A DNA stretch of 64,000 nucleotides from Chlorokybus atmophyticus (GCA_009103225.1 RHPI01001616.1:436731-500730), one strand, 5' to 3'. Counted from the stretch's first letter, positions 13,991-25,850 are shown. The notes: generated by a model not told the origin, from the sequence alone. Program-made: numbers and translations.

Positions 13991-16900
13991 ATGGATGAAC
14001 AAAAGCGGACGGGAAACATGGGGCTGCCGCCCCTACAAGAGACGTTCGCTGCGAGATCAGGCATGAGCATGCTAAGTTATATACTCTATGTCATGCAACC
14101 GCAATGGCTTGCTTTACGCATTCATGCAGTTGCGGAACGTTTGCGTGTACAAATCTACCTGTGTGTGTACACGCACGCACGCACGCAAATATCGCACACC
14201 AGCACATATACTCACGCCCACACCCACGCCCACGCAAATATCCCACACCATGTACACACCCACACATGCGCGCGCATGCGTGAGTGTGTACACGTTTCTA
14301 CACTTCAAATGATCACACACAATCACTCCATCCACACCTCCCCTCCCCTCCCCTAACCCTCTCCACGCACTCAGTCGACGACTACCAGTCCACCCTCCAC
14401 TCCTCCGCGCACGGCGGCTCCCTCTACTCCCTCGACCTGGCCGCTGGACGCGGTGACGCGGGCGGGGAGGGAGGTGAGGGCGGGGAGGACAAGGAGCACG
14501 CGGGACACCTGGGGACGATCAATGGGGTGCTCATACCCACATGCGAGAACATGTGAGGGGCAAGGGGAGTGTGGGTGGGTGGATGGGTGGGTGTAATGGC
14601 GTGTTTGACGTCCAGTGTTTGGGTTGGTGTTTCAGTTCTTGTGTTATGTCTGCGTGAGTAGGGCTTTGCTGACGGTTGTTGGCAAATAGCTGATAGTATT
14701 GTGTACTTTGTACACGTGCAGCGTACTTAATTGGTCTGTTGTTGTGTACAGGTGGGGTGTACTTATATTCCTGCGATTCTTTTACATTGTTGGCAACGCT
14801 GGCGTGTTGCAGGTTTGGCTCGCATTTGAAGTGTGTGTGTGTGCGTTGGACTTGCGCTTGTATCAACTGTGGGAATGTGTATGCGTGTGCAGGCGTTTGT
14901 TTGCGTGTTGGTTTCGGCTGTTTGCGCGTTTCTCACGGTGTTGTCGTTGAGTGCCGTCGCCACTAACGGGCGCATCAAGCATGGCGGCGCATACTACCTC
15001 ATAAGCAGGTACAGTTTGTAGCTTGCATTACAGGCTGCGTATGTTGACTATCCACACGTACATGTGTGATTGTGTGCATGTTGCGCAAATATGCATGCAC
15101 ACGCATGCACGCTTGAAAACCCGAACGCACACAAGCACAAACATGCACACACACGTGTGCTTGTGTGTGCGCGCACGCACAGGCACATGCGGACCATCAC
15201 ACGATCACACGCGCACACCTACCCACCCACGCAACCACACACACGTACATGCACATCCAGGCCCATGCGTGAATACGCGCACACACACAAATTTGCACAA
15301 GCGCGCACATGCCAGTCCACACTCCCGCCTATGCGCACGCATGCACACGCACGTGTGCTGTGCTTGCCCATATACACACTCACGCATGTTATGACAGTAT
15401 TATGTATACATGTGTGTGGGTGTACCCATGTGTGCATGGTGCATACGCGTTTGTATGCACACATTCATGTGGTCATAGCAGCGGAACCTAGCGGTATAAC
15501 CCATGCCAATGGTATCAGTTGTAAGCACATGTACACTCTTATTGTTCATCTCATACGTCAACTCGCAGAGCGTTGGGTCCTCGCATCGGCGGAGCCGTTG
15601 GCGGCATGTATTTCCTCGGCGTCACGTTATTAGCCGTATTAGAAACATTAGGTGCCGTTGAAGTATTGTTGGTAATTGTCCCATCGATGCGTTTCACTTC
15701 CGCCAACCGCGTGTACGGCGCGATCATCCTCGTCATCCTCGGCGTGTGGGTGTTTTGTGGCATCAAGTTCGTGTCGAAGTTGGGGTCATTGTTTGCGATA
15801 GGAGTGGCGTACGCGTTGTTGTCGTTGTATGTTGGGTTGTTTACGGCGCCGAAAGGGAGCGACCCGGACACGGTGACGGGACTGGCGTGGAGCACGTTCA
15901 AGAGCAATTGGGGGCCGAGCTATGAGAAAGGTACGGGTGTGCTGTTGTGTGCATTTGTGTGCGCGCGCGCGCGTGTGTGGGTGTGTGGATGTGCGTGCAT
16001 GCAAAGGCATGCGCTTGTGCATGCGTGTGCTATTGTACGCGTGTGTGCGCTTGTGCTTGCGTGTGTGCATGCGTGCGCGTGCGTGTGTGTGCTTTTGTGT
16101 ATATGCATGGGTGTGTGCGTGCATGCGTGTGTCCCAACTATTGTGTTGCTTTGCAGGTGTGAGCTTCTCAACGGTGCTGTCCATATTCTTCCCATGTTAC
16201 ACCGGCATATTGAGCGGAGCCGACCGGGCAACAAATCTCAAGAACGCCGCCAAGTCTATACCACGTGGCACGCTTGGGGCCTTAGCCATCAGCACGGTAA
16301 ACCTTGATACCTGATTCACAACTTGATCCGTTAATTGTATCATACGTGCACGCACTCACACACACGTACACAGGTGATATATACCACATATTTTGGGCTT
16401 TGGGGTGCGGTGGCGCAGCGCGATTACTTGTTGAACGGTGCGGGCGAAGCTGAATCCCACAGCGGCCGGCGGCTTTTGTCTGCTGCTGGAGGAGACGCCA
16501 CTGTGGTATGTGTTGTGTGTGATTGTGATTATTGTGGTTGCTGTAAGAAATGTGATTGTCGTGACTCACACACTCATCATGTGCAGATTGTGGGCGACAT
16601 TGCATGGCCCGCAGCTTTGCCTGAGCAGATTGGCATCATAATGGCTTCGGTCTCGCAGGCGCTTCAGTGCCTCATCGTTGCACCAAAACTGATGCAAGTG
16701 AGTGAGGATGCACTTTTTTGGGGGGGTGTTTGTACATTGCATGCGTTGTTAGTTTGGGTGTACTCGTCAAAACAAACCAACAACATACGCACGCAATCAA
16801 AAGTGTGAGACCTCGTACAAATACTAGTACATACTTGCACACTCTACTCAACCAGCTGCATTGTATACAGACTCACTGTTATATTGCACGCACATGCACA

Positions 16901-19900
16901 TTTGCAGTTGGCATGCGTGTGCATGCACCAATTGCAAATGTGCAATTGCATGTGTGGTATACATGTACACGCACACCCACTGCACACGCAGATGCACATC
17001 TCCCTCTAGTCGCACAACCACTTACACGCACACACCACCCACCAATCCCAACTCCTCATCCCCATGCCCTCTCACCCAACAACCAGGCCATGGCTTCCGA
17101 CGGCACCCTCCCCATCGCCAAGCCCTTAGCCAAGCTCTGGGGCGGCGAGCCCCGTCGCGCCTTGATGGCGACTACTCTCCTCGCCGTGGCTGGCGCGATG
17201 ATCGGCAGTCTCGACAGCGTGGCTCCTTTGGTGTCTATTTGCTTCCTCCAGTGTTACGTGTGTATGAATCTGAGCTGTGCTGTGAATGCGCTGCTGAGGG
17301 CGCCGAGCTGGAGACCCACGTGGAGGTATTTTCATTGGAGCACGGCGATGTTTGGGAGCGTGGCGTGCTTCGCGCTCATGTTCTTTATAAGATGGTGAGT
17401 TGGGGGTGAGGTGTGACAGTGGTGTGGGTGTCTGTTGTGTGTGGGCTTGTTGGGGTTGTTGACGTGCTCGTGATGAATGACGAGCACGAGAGAGTGTTGC
17501 TGTCAGCTGGCATTAGTAGTGGTCTATCACAAGGTTGCTCGTGGCTTTACGCATGAGTTGTGCTTATACGGCGTGGCTGCGTCACTGTATCAATTTGTTG
17601 ACGCAACGCCTGTTGTTATGTGCTTCAGGTACTGGGCAATTATCGCGCTGGTCATGGCGATCCTGCTCTACATCTACATTGACTTCAAGCAGGTGACAAA
17701 ATTATTGCGTTATCTCTCTCATTCCATAGTTGATGATACACGCACACGCGCACATGCAGAGTGGCACTCATGGGTGTACACACTCTCACACAAACGTAAC
17801 GCTCGTGCTCACGCATTCACTGAAACACATGCACACGCTCACATTCACGCGTGCACTCACACATACAACTGTTTACAAACCCCACCCAGGTTCAAGCCGA
17901 TTGGGGTACAGGCATCGGCGGCCTCCGTCTCCAGCTCGCCGTCCAAGCCATTCACTCTTTGAGCCACGAGCTTCAGTACGGCGTGAACTGGCGTCCACAA
18001 GTATTGTGTCTGAGCCGCCCCCAACACCAACAACCTTCCTCCCACACCGCCAGCGAGTTGTTGGGCTTCGTGTACCAACTCAAAAAGGGGAGAGGACTTT
18101 GTGTCATAGCTTCCATCATGGAAGGGAGTCTGGTTGAGCTTTCCGATGAAGCGCATGCCATGCAAGTTGACCTCAATAAAGAGATGGTCGATGCGGGCGT
18201 GAAGGGCTTTGCATCAGTTGTTGTCTCACCCTCTTTTCGCACGGGGAAATCTTACGCCATTCAATGCACTGGATTAGGAGCCCTCAACCCCAATACGGTC
18301 CTAATGGGCTGGCCAAAACATGACTCGGATCGCAAAGATGATGCGGATGCGGAGATTATATTGGAGCTGCTCGAAGAGTGTAAGGCCAAAGGAAAGGCGC
18401 TTTTATTACCGGCGAATTTGCATTTGTACCCGAAACATAGCGCGAGGCTCACCGGCACGATCGATATATGGTGGATTGTGCATGATGGAGGGTTGCTAAT
18501 GCTCGTGGCGCATATCTTGCAAAGACATAAGATATGGAAAAATTGCCGGCTGAGAGTGTTTACGGTGGCGGAGAGAGTGAGTGACCCGGCTGCGATGAAA
18601 GAAAACCTGACCAACCTACTCAAACAGGTGACTGGTGTAGATATCATGGTTGCTGCTGTTAATGTCATTGTTGTTATTGTTGTTGCCAATGCTGCCAACA
18701 TTGTAATCTGTTTCATGAGCTTCAATATGCAGTTGTTACTATGAGCGCAATCCACCTCACAGTTATAGTCGTCACTACTAGCTTTACTACCCGTGTGTTT
18801 ATTGCATTGTTTTTGCTTTATGATTGCTTGATGTCGCATAGATCACCTTTTTACACGTGTTGTGTAGTTGTTCATGTCTTCATGCACTCATTATATATGA
18901 GTGGCTGTTCGATTGCAACATGTTTCTTTCAATGCAGGCGCACATTGTGGCAGAAGTGGAGGTTGTTGCCATCGACGACGGGGAGCTTGCACCTTACACG
19001 TTCGATTGGACCATCCGCGTGGAAGAGGCTCAGGTTGGGTTTCTGTTAATGCACACATTCAGTAGCAGGATGAGTTATTAGTTTGTGTGGCATTAGTACG
19101 AGTGTTGAGGCTGAATGTGTTGTTTGTACACTTGTGGCACACAGGCGATACGCGATCAATTCAACAAGGTGAAAACTGTTGCTAATGACGCAACCTCACA
19201 AAAGCGCAGCGCATCACAGATACTGAAACAGGTGAACCCACATTGCATCGCGCACACCACACAGACAACCTCATACTTACATGTTTGCTCACATACGTAT
19301 ATATACAGTTTGGTGACAAGGTGCGCAGCGGCGGCTCTGCCATCAAGAGCAAGCTCGTCAAGGTGCACTCGTACCTGAGCGTTGCGTCAAGCTCCGCGAT
19401 GGGATCGCCGGGACCGGGATTCCAGCGCACCTTCACGGACATCAGCGTGAGTGTTGAGTCTCACCACTTGTCGCGTGTGCCTCTATGTGCGCGTGTGTGT
19501 GGATGTGCACGTGCGTTTGTGTGCACGCGTGTGTGCATCTGTGCATGTAGGTGCGTGCAAGCACACATGCGCGTGCGTGCGGGCATGAGCCTGTGTATGT
19601 GTGCGTGTGTGTGCGTGTGAGTGCGTGTACGTGCACACGCGCTTGCGCCCACGTATCTGTTTGTGGGGATACTCACTTAGACTCTGCGATCAGTTGCCTT
19701 CAATGCAGCCGCTCTCGCGCCGTTCTTCCCTACGCGCTTCCCGCTCCCACGGCGATGGACGCGATCACCTCTTCCCCCAGGAGCTCCAGATGGTCCCCGG
19801 CGTCGTGCACGTGCCGAGGGCGGAGAGGCAGCAGCAGCAGAGGCGACAGGAACAGCAGCAGCAGAAAGGGGGGAATGCAAACCCGAGGAGCTTTGCGGCG

Positions 19901-21559
19901 ATTAAGGCGCTGTTCGGACCGGAAACCAAGGTGGGGGGGAGTGCAGTGGTGCCTGTTCAGTGCACTAACTACATGTGAACAGTTTTTTTCTTGGCAAACT
20001 TTTGCTGCACTGGTTGGGTGTCAAGTTTACAGCGCATGAGCTATGTGGATCTCTGAATGCCATGTGTATGCGTGTGCGTGCTTGCACAACCGTTCGTGGG
20101 CGTGTCCGCGTGCGGCACGCGCGTGCGCATGCATGCATGCAATGCGTGTGCGTGCGTGTGTGCCTGGTTGAGTTGTAGACATGCCAGAGTCAACTCTAGC
20201 ACGTTTGCAGTGTCATGAATTGTATGTAGCCTTATCCCACATGACTGTTGAGGGAAATATCAGGGTTGCCTCCAGTAAGTGGTTGAGCTAACGCGTGTTG
20301 GTATCAACAAGTCTTGTTTCGCTGCAGCTTGGCGAGAAGCTGGCCAAGATCGGCTCCAGGCCCGGATCCAGAGGCAACTCTCCTCCACCTTCACCGCGAG
20401 CAACAAACACAACAACCAAGCAAGGCAAGTCCAGCTCCTCTTCGAGCTCACCCGCTGCGCCCAAAGACAAGCTCAAAGCCGTCCCGAAGCTCGGCAAACA
20501 CAAGAAGACCAACTCACTAACCAACCTCAACTTCCACATCAAGCAAGAAGAACCACACAACGACGTGGACCTCGAGGCCGGGCTTGTGGACGACACAACA
20601 CAAACACACACGACTGACACAATAGAGAGGGTTAAAAGTCAGACAGGCAAGAAGAAGACGCTGAAGAAAATTAGCTCGGCGTCGGAAATTGTTGTCCCGC
20701 GGTCGGGAAGTCCCGCAAGGGTGTCAATAAGGAGGCCTCCACCACCCATACGCACGGTCACGTTCAAGCAAGATGAGAGTGAGAAGGCGAAGAGCGAGCC
20801 ATCCTCGCCTGTTGTTGGGCAGTCGATGTCGCCTCCAACTTCACACACGGTGGGTATGGTACATCAAGTTGTGTGTGTTGCAATGTTGGTTTTGTATTCT
20901 CACAAGGAGTTGTTCATGTTGGCATGCATATTGTTGGGTTGGCACAGTTTCTGTTTGTGTGATGCACGTGCATGTGTGCACGTGCAGCATTGGAGGATGT
21001 TGTTAGTTTTGCAAAGCTTGCACACTTACGCGCCTTTTTGCTGCAGAATGGTCCCGCGCCTGGAAGCCCAGAGATACACCCGCAGTACCCCGTGATATCG
21101 CGGCGTGGCCGCTACCAACCCGGCGAGGCGCACGACAACAACGCCGTCACGTTGGGTCCGAGCGACTCTCTGAACCTGAGCGACACAAGTCCACCTGCCT
21201 CCCCAACAACAACATTCTCCTCCCTTAGACCACCCAACATGGATGGCAACGGGTCCACGCACGGGTCGGAGTTGTACCCTTCACGACCGGGCTCGTCGGC
21301 GGGTTCACCCAAAGGAAGGTCCACAAACAGGCCACGTGTAAGGCAATGGGGTGAATATTCCGAAAACTTCAGCCCGGAGAAGCTCAACAGTTTCATGCAA
21401 ATGTACTCACGCAATGCCGAGTTGGTGATAGTCAACCTACCCGACCCCCACATCGGCATGAACCCGAGAGACTACGTGGCCTACTGCGAGAGCCTCGTCA
21501 CCAACATTTCACGAGTGTTGTGGGTGCATGGCACGGGACGCGAGGTCTGGCGCATGTGA
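13991..21559 (+). CDS. CCC1: Cation-chloride cotransporter (SLC12/CCC family), ~1285 aa, 17 exons
   Basis: Exons 13991-14060, 14375-14552, 14752-14812, 14893-15008, 15569-15930, 16157-16296, 16374-16505, 16587-16697, 17087-17394, 17629-17692, 17890-18627, 18938-19033, 19145-19231, 19309-19446, 19709-19930, 20328-20849 and 21047-21559 total 3858 nt with consistent phases. SLC12 motifs: HLGTINGVLIPTCENMWGVLIFLR, LSLSAVATNG..KHGGAYYLISRALGPRIGG, FFPCYTGILSG, APSWRPTWRYFHW, NWRPQ, IDIWWIVHDGGLL and the C-terminal SRNAELVIVNLP...RVLWVHGTGREV. Exon 1 depends on a GC donor and is less certain. The symbol denotes the family, not proven orthology. Confidence 0.93.
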
Positions 21560-22158
21560 GCGTGTGGGTATGTAGGCATGCGGGGTGAGCATGAAGAGTA
21601 TATTGGGTTGGGGTAAAATGTGTGCGTGTGTACAGATTGGTAGCCTACAAGTTGTAGTAGGTGTGGTTGTGAGGCAATGTTTGATGGAAATTGAGGAGGA
21701 TGCTATGTCTGCTGTTGCTTGTATGAAGCATGTGGTTGTGCGCACTTGTGGGCTCATATGCACACGCGCACGCATGCAACGTTCCAGTTCACATCTTGCG
21801 GAGTGTGCATCCTGTCAGCATAGAGCAGCGGTTCAGTACACAAAGCTGAACGGCTCATGACACTCCGCTTGAGCATACACAACACATAGCAAACATAAGC
21901 TGCAGCTTATTAACTTGAACTATATCGCGCGGCGTGCAACGTTGCCTGCTGACAACATTACACAAAGGTCCAGCCCCAAAACACACGCATCTGTCAACTG
22001 GTATGCGTGTGCACGGATGCATATACGTGTGCTCGCGCCTGCGCGTGCGTGCGTGCGTGCGTGTAGAGAGCGGGGNNNNNNNNNNNNNNNNNNNNNNNNN
22101 NNNNNNNNNNNNNNNNNNNNNNNNNNNNNNNNNNNNNNNNNNNNNNNNNNNNNNNNNN

Positions 22159-22986
22159 TTGGTCGACCGATTCAATGCCACCGCGGCTACCACCGACAGA
22201 GCGCGGCGTCAATCGGCTTCGGGTGTCGGTGCTGGCGCGTGGCTGTCGGCCTTGCCACTTTTCCCGGCACTCCGCATTTCCGCCGACATCTTCCGGACCG
22301 CGCTTAGGACGCTGCTGGGACTACCGCACCCGCTGTTGGTCAACGTCGAGCACTGCTTGTGCGGGGGGCCGCTCACGGCCGAGGGCACGCACCTACTACG
22401 CTGCCCCTTTGGGAGGTGCCGCACGGCGACGCATGACGCGTTGCGCGACGAGGTATATGGTGTGATGCGTGACGCCGGGTTTTCGGTCAGTAGGGAGCAG
22501 AGCGGTTTTATGCCGGTACTGCCGGGTGAGACGAGAGGGAGGCGAGTGGACTTGGTGGCCTCCGAACCCGGTCGAGATACGCGCATGCTCTTAGATGTCA
22601 CGATCACCGCATGCGGCGAGCAACCGGGAGGCGCGGCGAAGGCGGCGGAGCAGGCGAAGCGACGGAAATACCACGATCACCCCGCCGCCGACACATTTCA
22701 TCCCCTCGCCGCCGAGACGCACGGCACCCTGGGTCAGAGTTTTCACGACGTCATTGACACATGCGCTAGGAGGGCACTGGCTACACGTGACTTGCCGTTG
22801 AGCAGGCTGTCGGGCTACTTGGCTCTGTACCGGCAGCGCGTGTCATGCGCGTTGCAGCGTGCCCAGGGCATCACCATCCTAGAACGGGGAGCGGCAGTCG
22901 TAGCGGCGGTACCAGGCTGGGGCCCGGTCCAGATGGCGGCACCAACGGCGGAAGCGGACGCTGTGCTGGCGGCGGCGGCAGTGTAG
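22159..22986 (+). mobile_element. 3' end of a non-LTR retrotransposon with restriction-like endonuclease (CRE/SLACS-like); 5' part lost in the gap (N 22076-22158)
   Basis: Intron-free, GC-rich frame with GAGAWLSALP...FRTALRTLLG, a Zn knuckle (CLCG...HLLRC), THDALRD, RRVDL...LDVT, EQAKRRKY and FHPLAAETHG. This is the characteristic C-terminal REL domain of early-branching LINEs. Confidence 0.85.
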
Positions 22987-23501
22987 TTGTGTAGGCGTGC
23001 TTGCATGCTGCTGGCATGCGTGTGGGTGTGCTTGTGCAGTGATAGGCAGAGATGACAGTGCGTAGCTTGGTGTGACGATGTAATAGGCATGGATGACAGT
23101 ACGTAGCTATGTGTGACGATGTTGCTGTACTAGTAATGAGAAGAAGCCTGGTAAGCAGTAACCGCAACATGCAGATGATCGTGTGACATACGCTGTACAT
23201 GCATGCCCGCGCGCACTCTGCATACACCAGTGTTGCATCCTCTTCCCATTGCATTAGTATATACCTCGAACAACAGCACAGCATTGCAAGCAGGTTGGCT
23301 CTGCACTCGCCAGCTCAAGCACACAGCGTGCAACCATGACCAACACGTCCAGAGCAACAACAACTCCATACTATTGTATTCATGCCAGCTATAACTGCTG
23401 AGACGCTGTATTGGTGTAGCACACTCGTTCATTTCTTTCCTGCACCTGAAGTGAATCAGGTCCTGTAAGCTTAGCCAGACCACGACGTGCCCCATGCGTT
23501 T

Positions 23502-23509
23502 TAGGGTTT
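23502..23509 (+). promoter_or_regulatory. Telo-box (TAGGGTTT) upstream of the HNH gene
   Basis: Exact motif ~160 nt before the ATG at 23668. The same motif occurs near the 5' ends of two other genes (32489, 40982). Confidence 0.4.
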
Positions 23510-23667
23510 GGTAACACCCGTCGTTGTCATGTGGCGCCAACGGCAACAGCGGCGGCGGCGGCGGCGGGGGCAGGGGCAGGGGCGGCGGGGTTCTGGCGGT
23601 GGTGGGGTTGTACGGACGCACGCCCAGGGCGATCAGTGTCTGTATCGTCAGGGCGGGAGTAGGTGCG

Positions 23668-25234
23668 ATGGACGAGAGGCGAGGAGAGGCGCCAGGGCCA
23701 GGGCCAGGGGAGGGGTAAGGGGGAGGGCGGCGGAGAAGGAGAGGGAGAGGGAGATGGAGAGGGAGAGGGAGAGGGAGAGGGAGAGGGGCAGGAGCAGGAG
23801 CAGGAGCAGGAGTAGAGGTAGGGGCAGGCGCAGGGCTAGGGTTGCTTTGAGAGCGCAGTGGCGCGGTTACGCTAGACATACGACTGACGTCAGCGACGCA
23901 GAGGGAGTGGGTGAGGGTGTTCCTAAGATTGCAGGCGGAGAACATGCACGACGCGCCACAATTGCTGAGGGATGAAGTTCTTCGCTCCCTCCCGGATCTA
24001 GACATGTCGCAGCTGCAACGAGACAGGGTGTCCGAGCATGACCTGATGGTTCGGATCTTGTTCTTGGAGAACAACCAGCCGGTGTGGCAGCATTTAACAT
24101 CATTCTACTCCGACCCTAGTGACTTGCTGGCAATCCATCCAAGCCCTATCTTCATCAAGGTGCGAGACCCCCCGGAAGCAGCGACGACGGCGCCACCACC
24201 AACACCACCACATGCAGGTTTGATCTGCGGTGTCAAGCATAGATGATGATGTCGTAGCCATCAAGTGCGTGTGACCTTAGTAGCGAATACTCTGCACATG
24301 TACTCTGCACCCAATGCTTGTTTGTCCGAGGCACTTACATTTTGGGTGGCTATCATGTATGCGGGCGTTGTGTTGGACATGTGTGATGAGTAAGAGTGTG
24401 CTTGAACCCTTGGCTGTCCAGGTTCCACACAGCTTGATACGCTGCTTCAGCTTGTGTCCAAGCTCGCCTCAAAACAAGATGAGTTTCGAACCGAGGTGCA
24501 GGAGTATCACAAGCAACAAACCCGAGACATGGAACTTACGCGCTCCCTTCTGCACATGACAAACATTTGAATACACCGAAGCCAACATGACTCGAAAAAG
24601 CGACCCAGGAGCCAAACGTTTTGCCAAGATTTTGAAGTCGGCGCATGGCGCGCTGGCTGAAAACGGACAGCAATGTCGCTGCTTGGTGACAAACGAGTGG
24701 TTTCCCAAGGAGACAGTGGTTGGAGGACACCTATTCAAGTACGCGTGGTGGCGAAATGTGGGTGACATGTTGGGGTTTGACGACATCAACGACACTCGGA
24801 ACGCACTCCCAATGTGGAAGCCGGTGGAGTGGGCGTTTGATACCGGTCAGCTCGTCATCATATATGAAGAGGCGAGAGATGCGTATATTGTGCACATTTT
24901 GAATCCCAGCATCAGAGACCGCAAGCTCATTGATCAGGCTTGCGAGTTGCCATATGACATCCGTCAGAGGGTGTCACCTGCTGCTGCGCGCCTGACATTC
25001 CAAGATCTTGAGGGTACAACGTTGGCATTTACACACGGGATTCTGCAACGCCCGTTCAAGCGCGCACTGTGTTTTCGAGCGCGCACAGCTCGTCGACAAG
25101 CACTCAAGAAAGGCTGGATAGCTGCGGATTGGGACTTCGAGGATTTCTACACCGAGGGTCTCAGCGTGAGAGCCAAGTTGAGCATGTGGTTCGAAAGCCG
25201 AGCGTCCGAGTCGCATGAAGGTGGCGAAGCTTGA
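23668..25234 (+). CDS. Crinkler(CR)-like protein: N-terminal header domain, coiled linker and C-terminal HNH (HNH_2-type) endonuclease; one frameshift in the linker
   Basis: Model: exons 23668-23714, 23859-24217 and 24422-25234. The header ends ...PIFIKVRDPP, followed by a helical linker (QLDTLLQLVSKLASKQDEF...). The nuclease has CLVT...VVGGHLFK...DINDTRNALPMWKPVEWAFDTGQL...FQDLEG..L.F...RPFKRAL. Linker and nuclease are 1 nt out of frame between 24557 and 24570. The nuclease frame is open from Met 24587 to TGA 25232-25234. Confidence 0.75.
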
Positions 25235-25299
25235 TGCCACGTACGTTTGCACCTGCAAGCTCTGCGAGTAGTGGATTGACGCCAATGTGTGGTGCATGC

Positions 25300-25850
25300 A
25301 TGTGTGTGTATATGTGTGTGCGCGCGCGCACGCGCAAGTGCATGCGTGCATGACTGCACACGACTGTGTATGTGTTCATTTGCTTCTTATGGTTAACGGT
25401 TGTGTATGATTTTTGTTTGTGAGCAGGCTTACGCGGCTTTGGCGTGCGGCGTGCGGCGTGCAGCGTGCGAGCATTACGCCAATGTATGCGCATGTGCTTG
25501 CTGTGATGAGCATAAGCCAGTATAACCCTGTGCATGCGTGTCTGCGCGCGTGTGTATGCCTTTTCGTCTCTGCCATATTTCGTTCAAGCCCGTGTTGCAA
25601 ACATGATGTCATGCAGGTTCTTGCTGCGTGCGTTGGGCTGCAATCAGCCGGGGCAGTGGATTTCCAGCCTTGAGTTGCGGAAGAGGTCATACCGTCTCTG
25701 CGGTTGCACGCTTCATGACGCTGCCGGCTGTCAAGGCGGCGCCGGCGGTTGAAAGGGCAACCTGCGTGCAAACTGCAGAACAGTAGTTTTCATTTAGCAC
25801 ATCATGTGCTCACACAATCTAGGGAAGTGAGCTTTCCAAGCAGCGCAGGC
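25300..25850 (+). repeat. Diverged, internally deleted duplicate of the 3' part of the SelU-like gene (source ~33750-35580)
   Basis: cag|GCTTACGCGGCTTTGGCG at 25427 matches exon 6 at 34553, and gcag|GTTCTTGCTGC at 25617 matches the last exon at 35320. Intron and 3' UTR similarity is also visible (ccagccttgag, atgtgctcacaca, the SECIS). Exons 7 and 8 are absent from the copy. Confidence 0.85.
25703..25762 (+). promoter_or_regulatory. SECIS element, copy 2 (short apical form)
   Basis: A-UGAC (25715-25719), helix gcugccggc/gccggcggu, apical AA, 3' UGAA (25750-25753) and outer helix guugc/gcaac. Confidence 0.7.

Noticed and set aside
14949-16184. Many His/Cys/Thr/Val-rich ORFs (HTHAH, CVCVC) here and throughout the window
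   Set aside because: They arise from alternating CA/TG low-complexity intron sequence.
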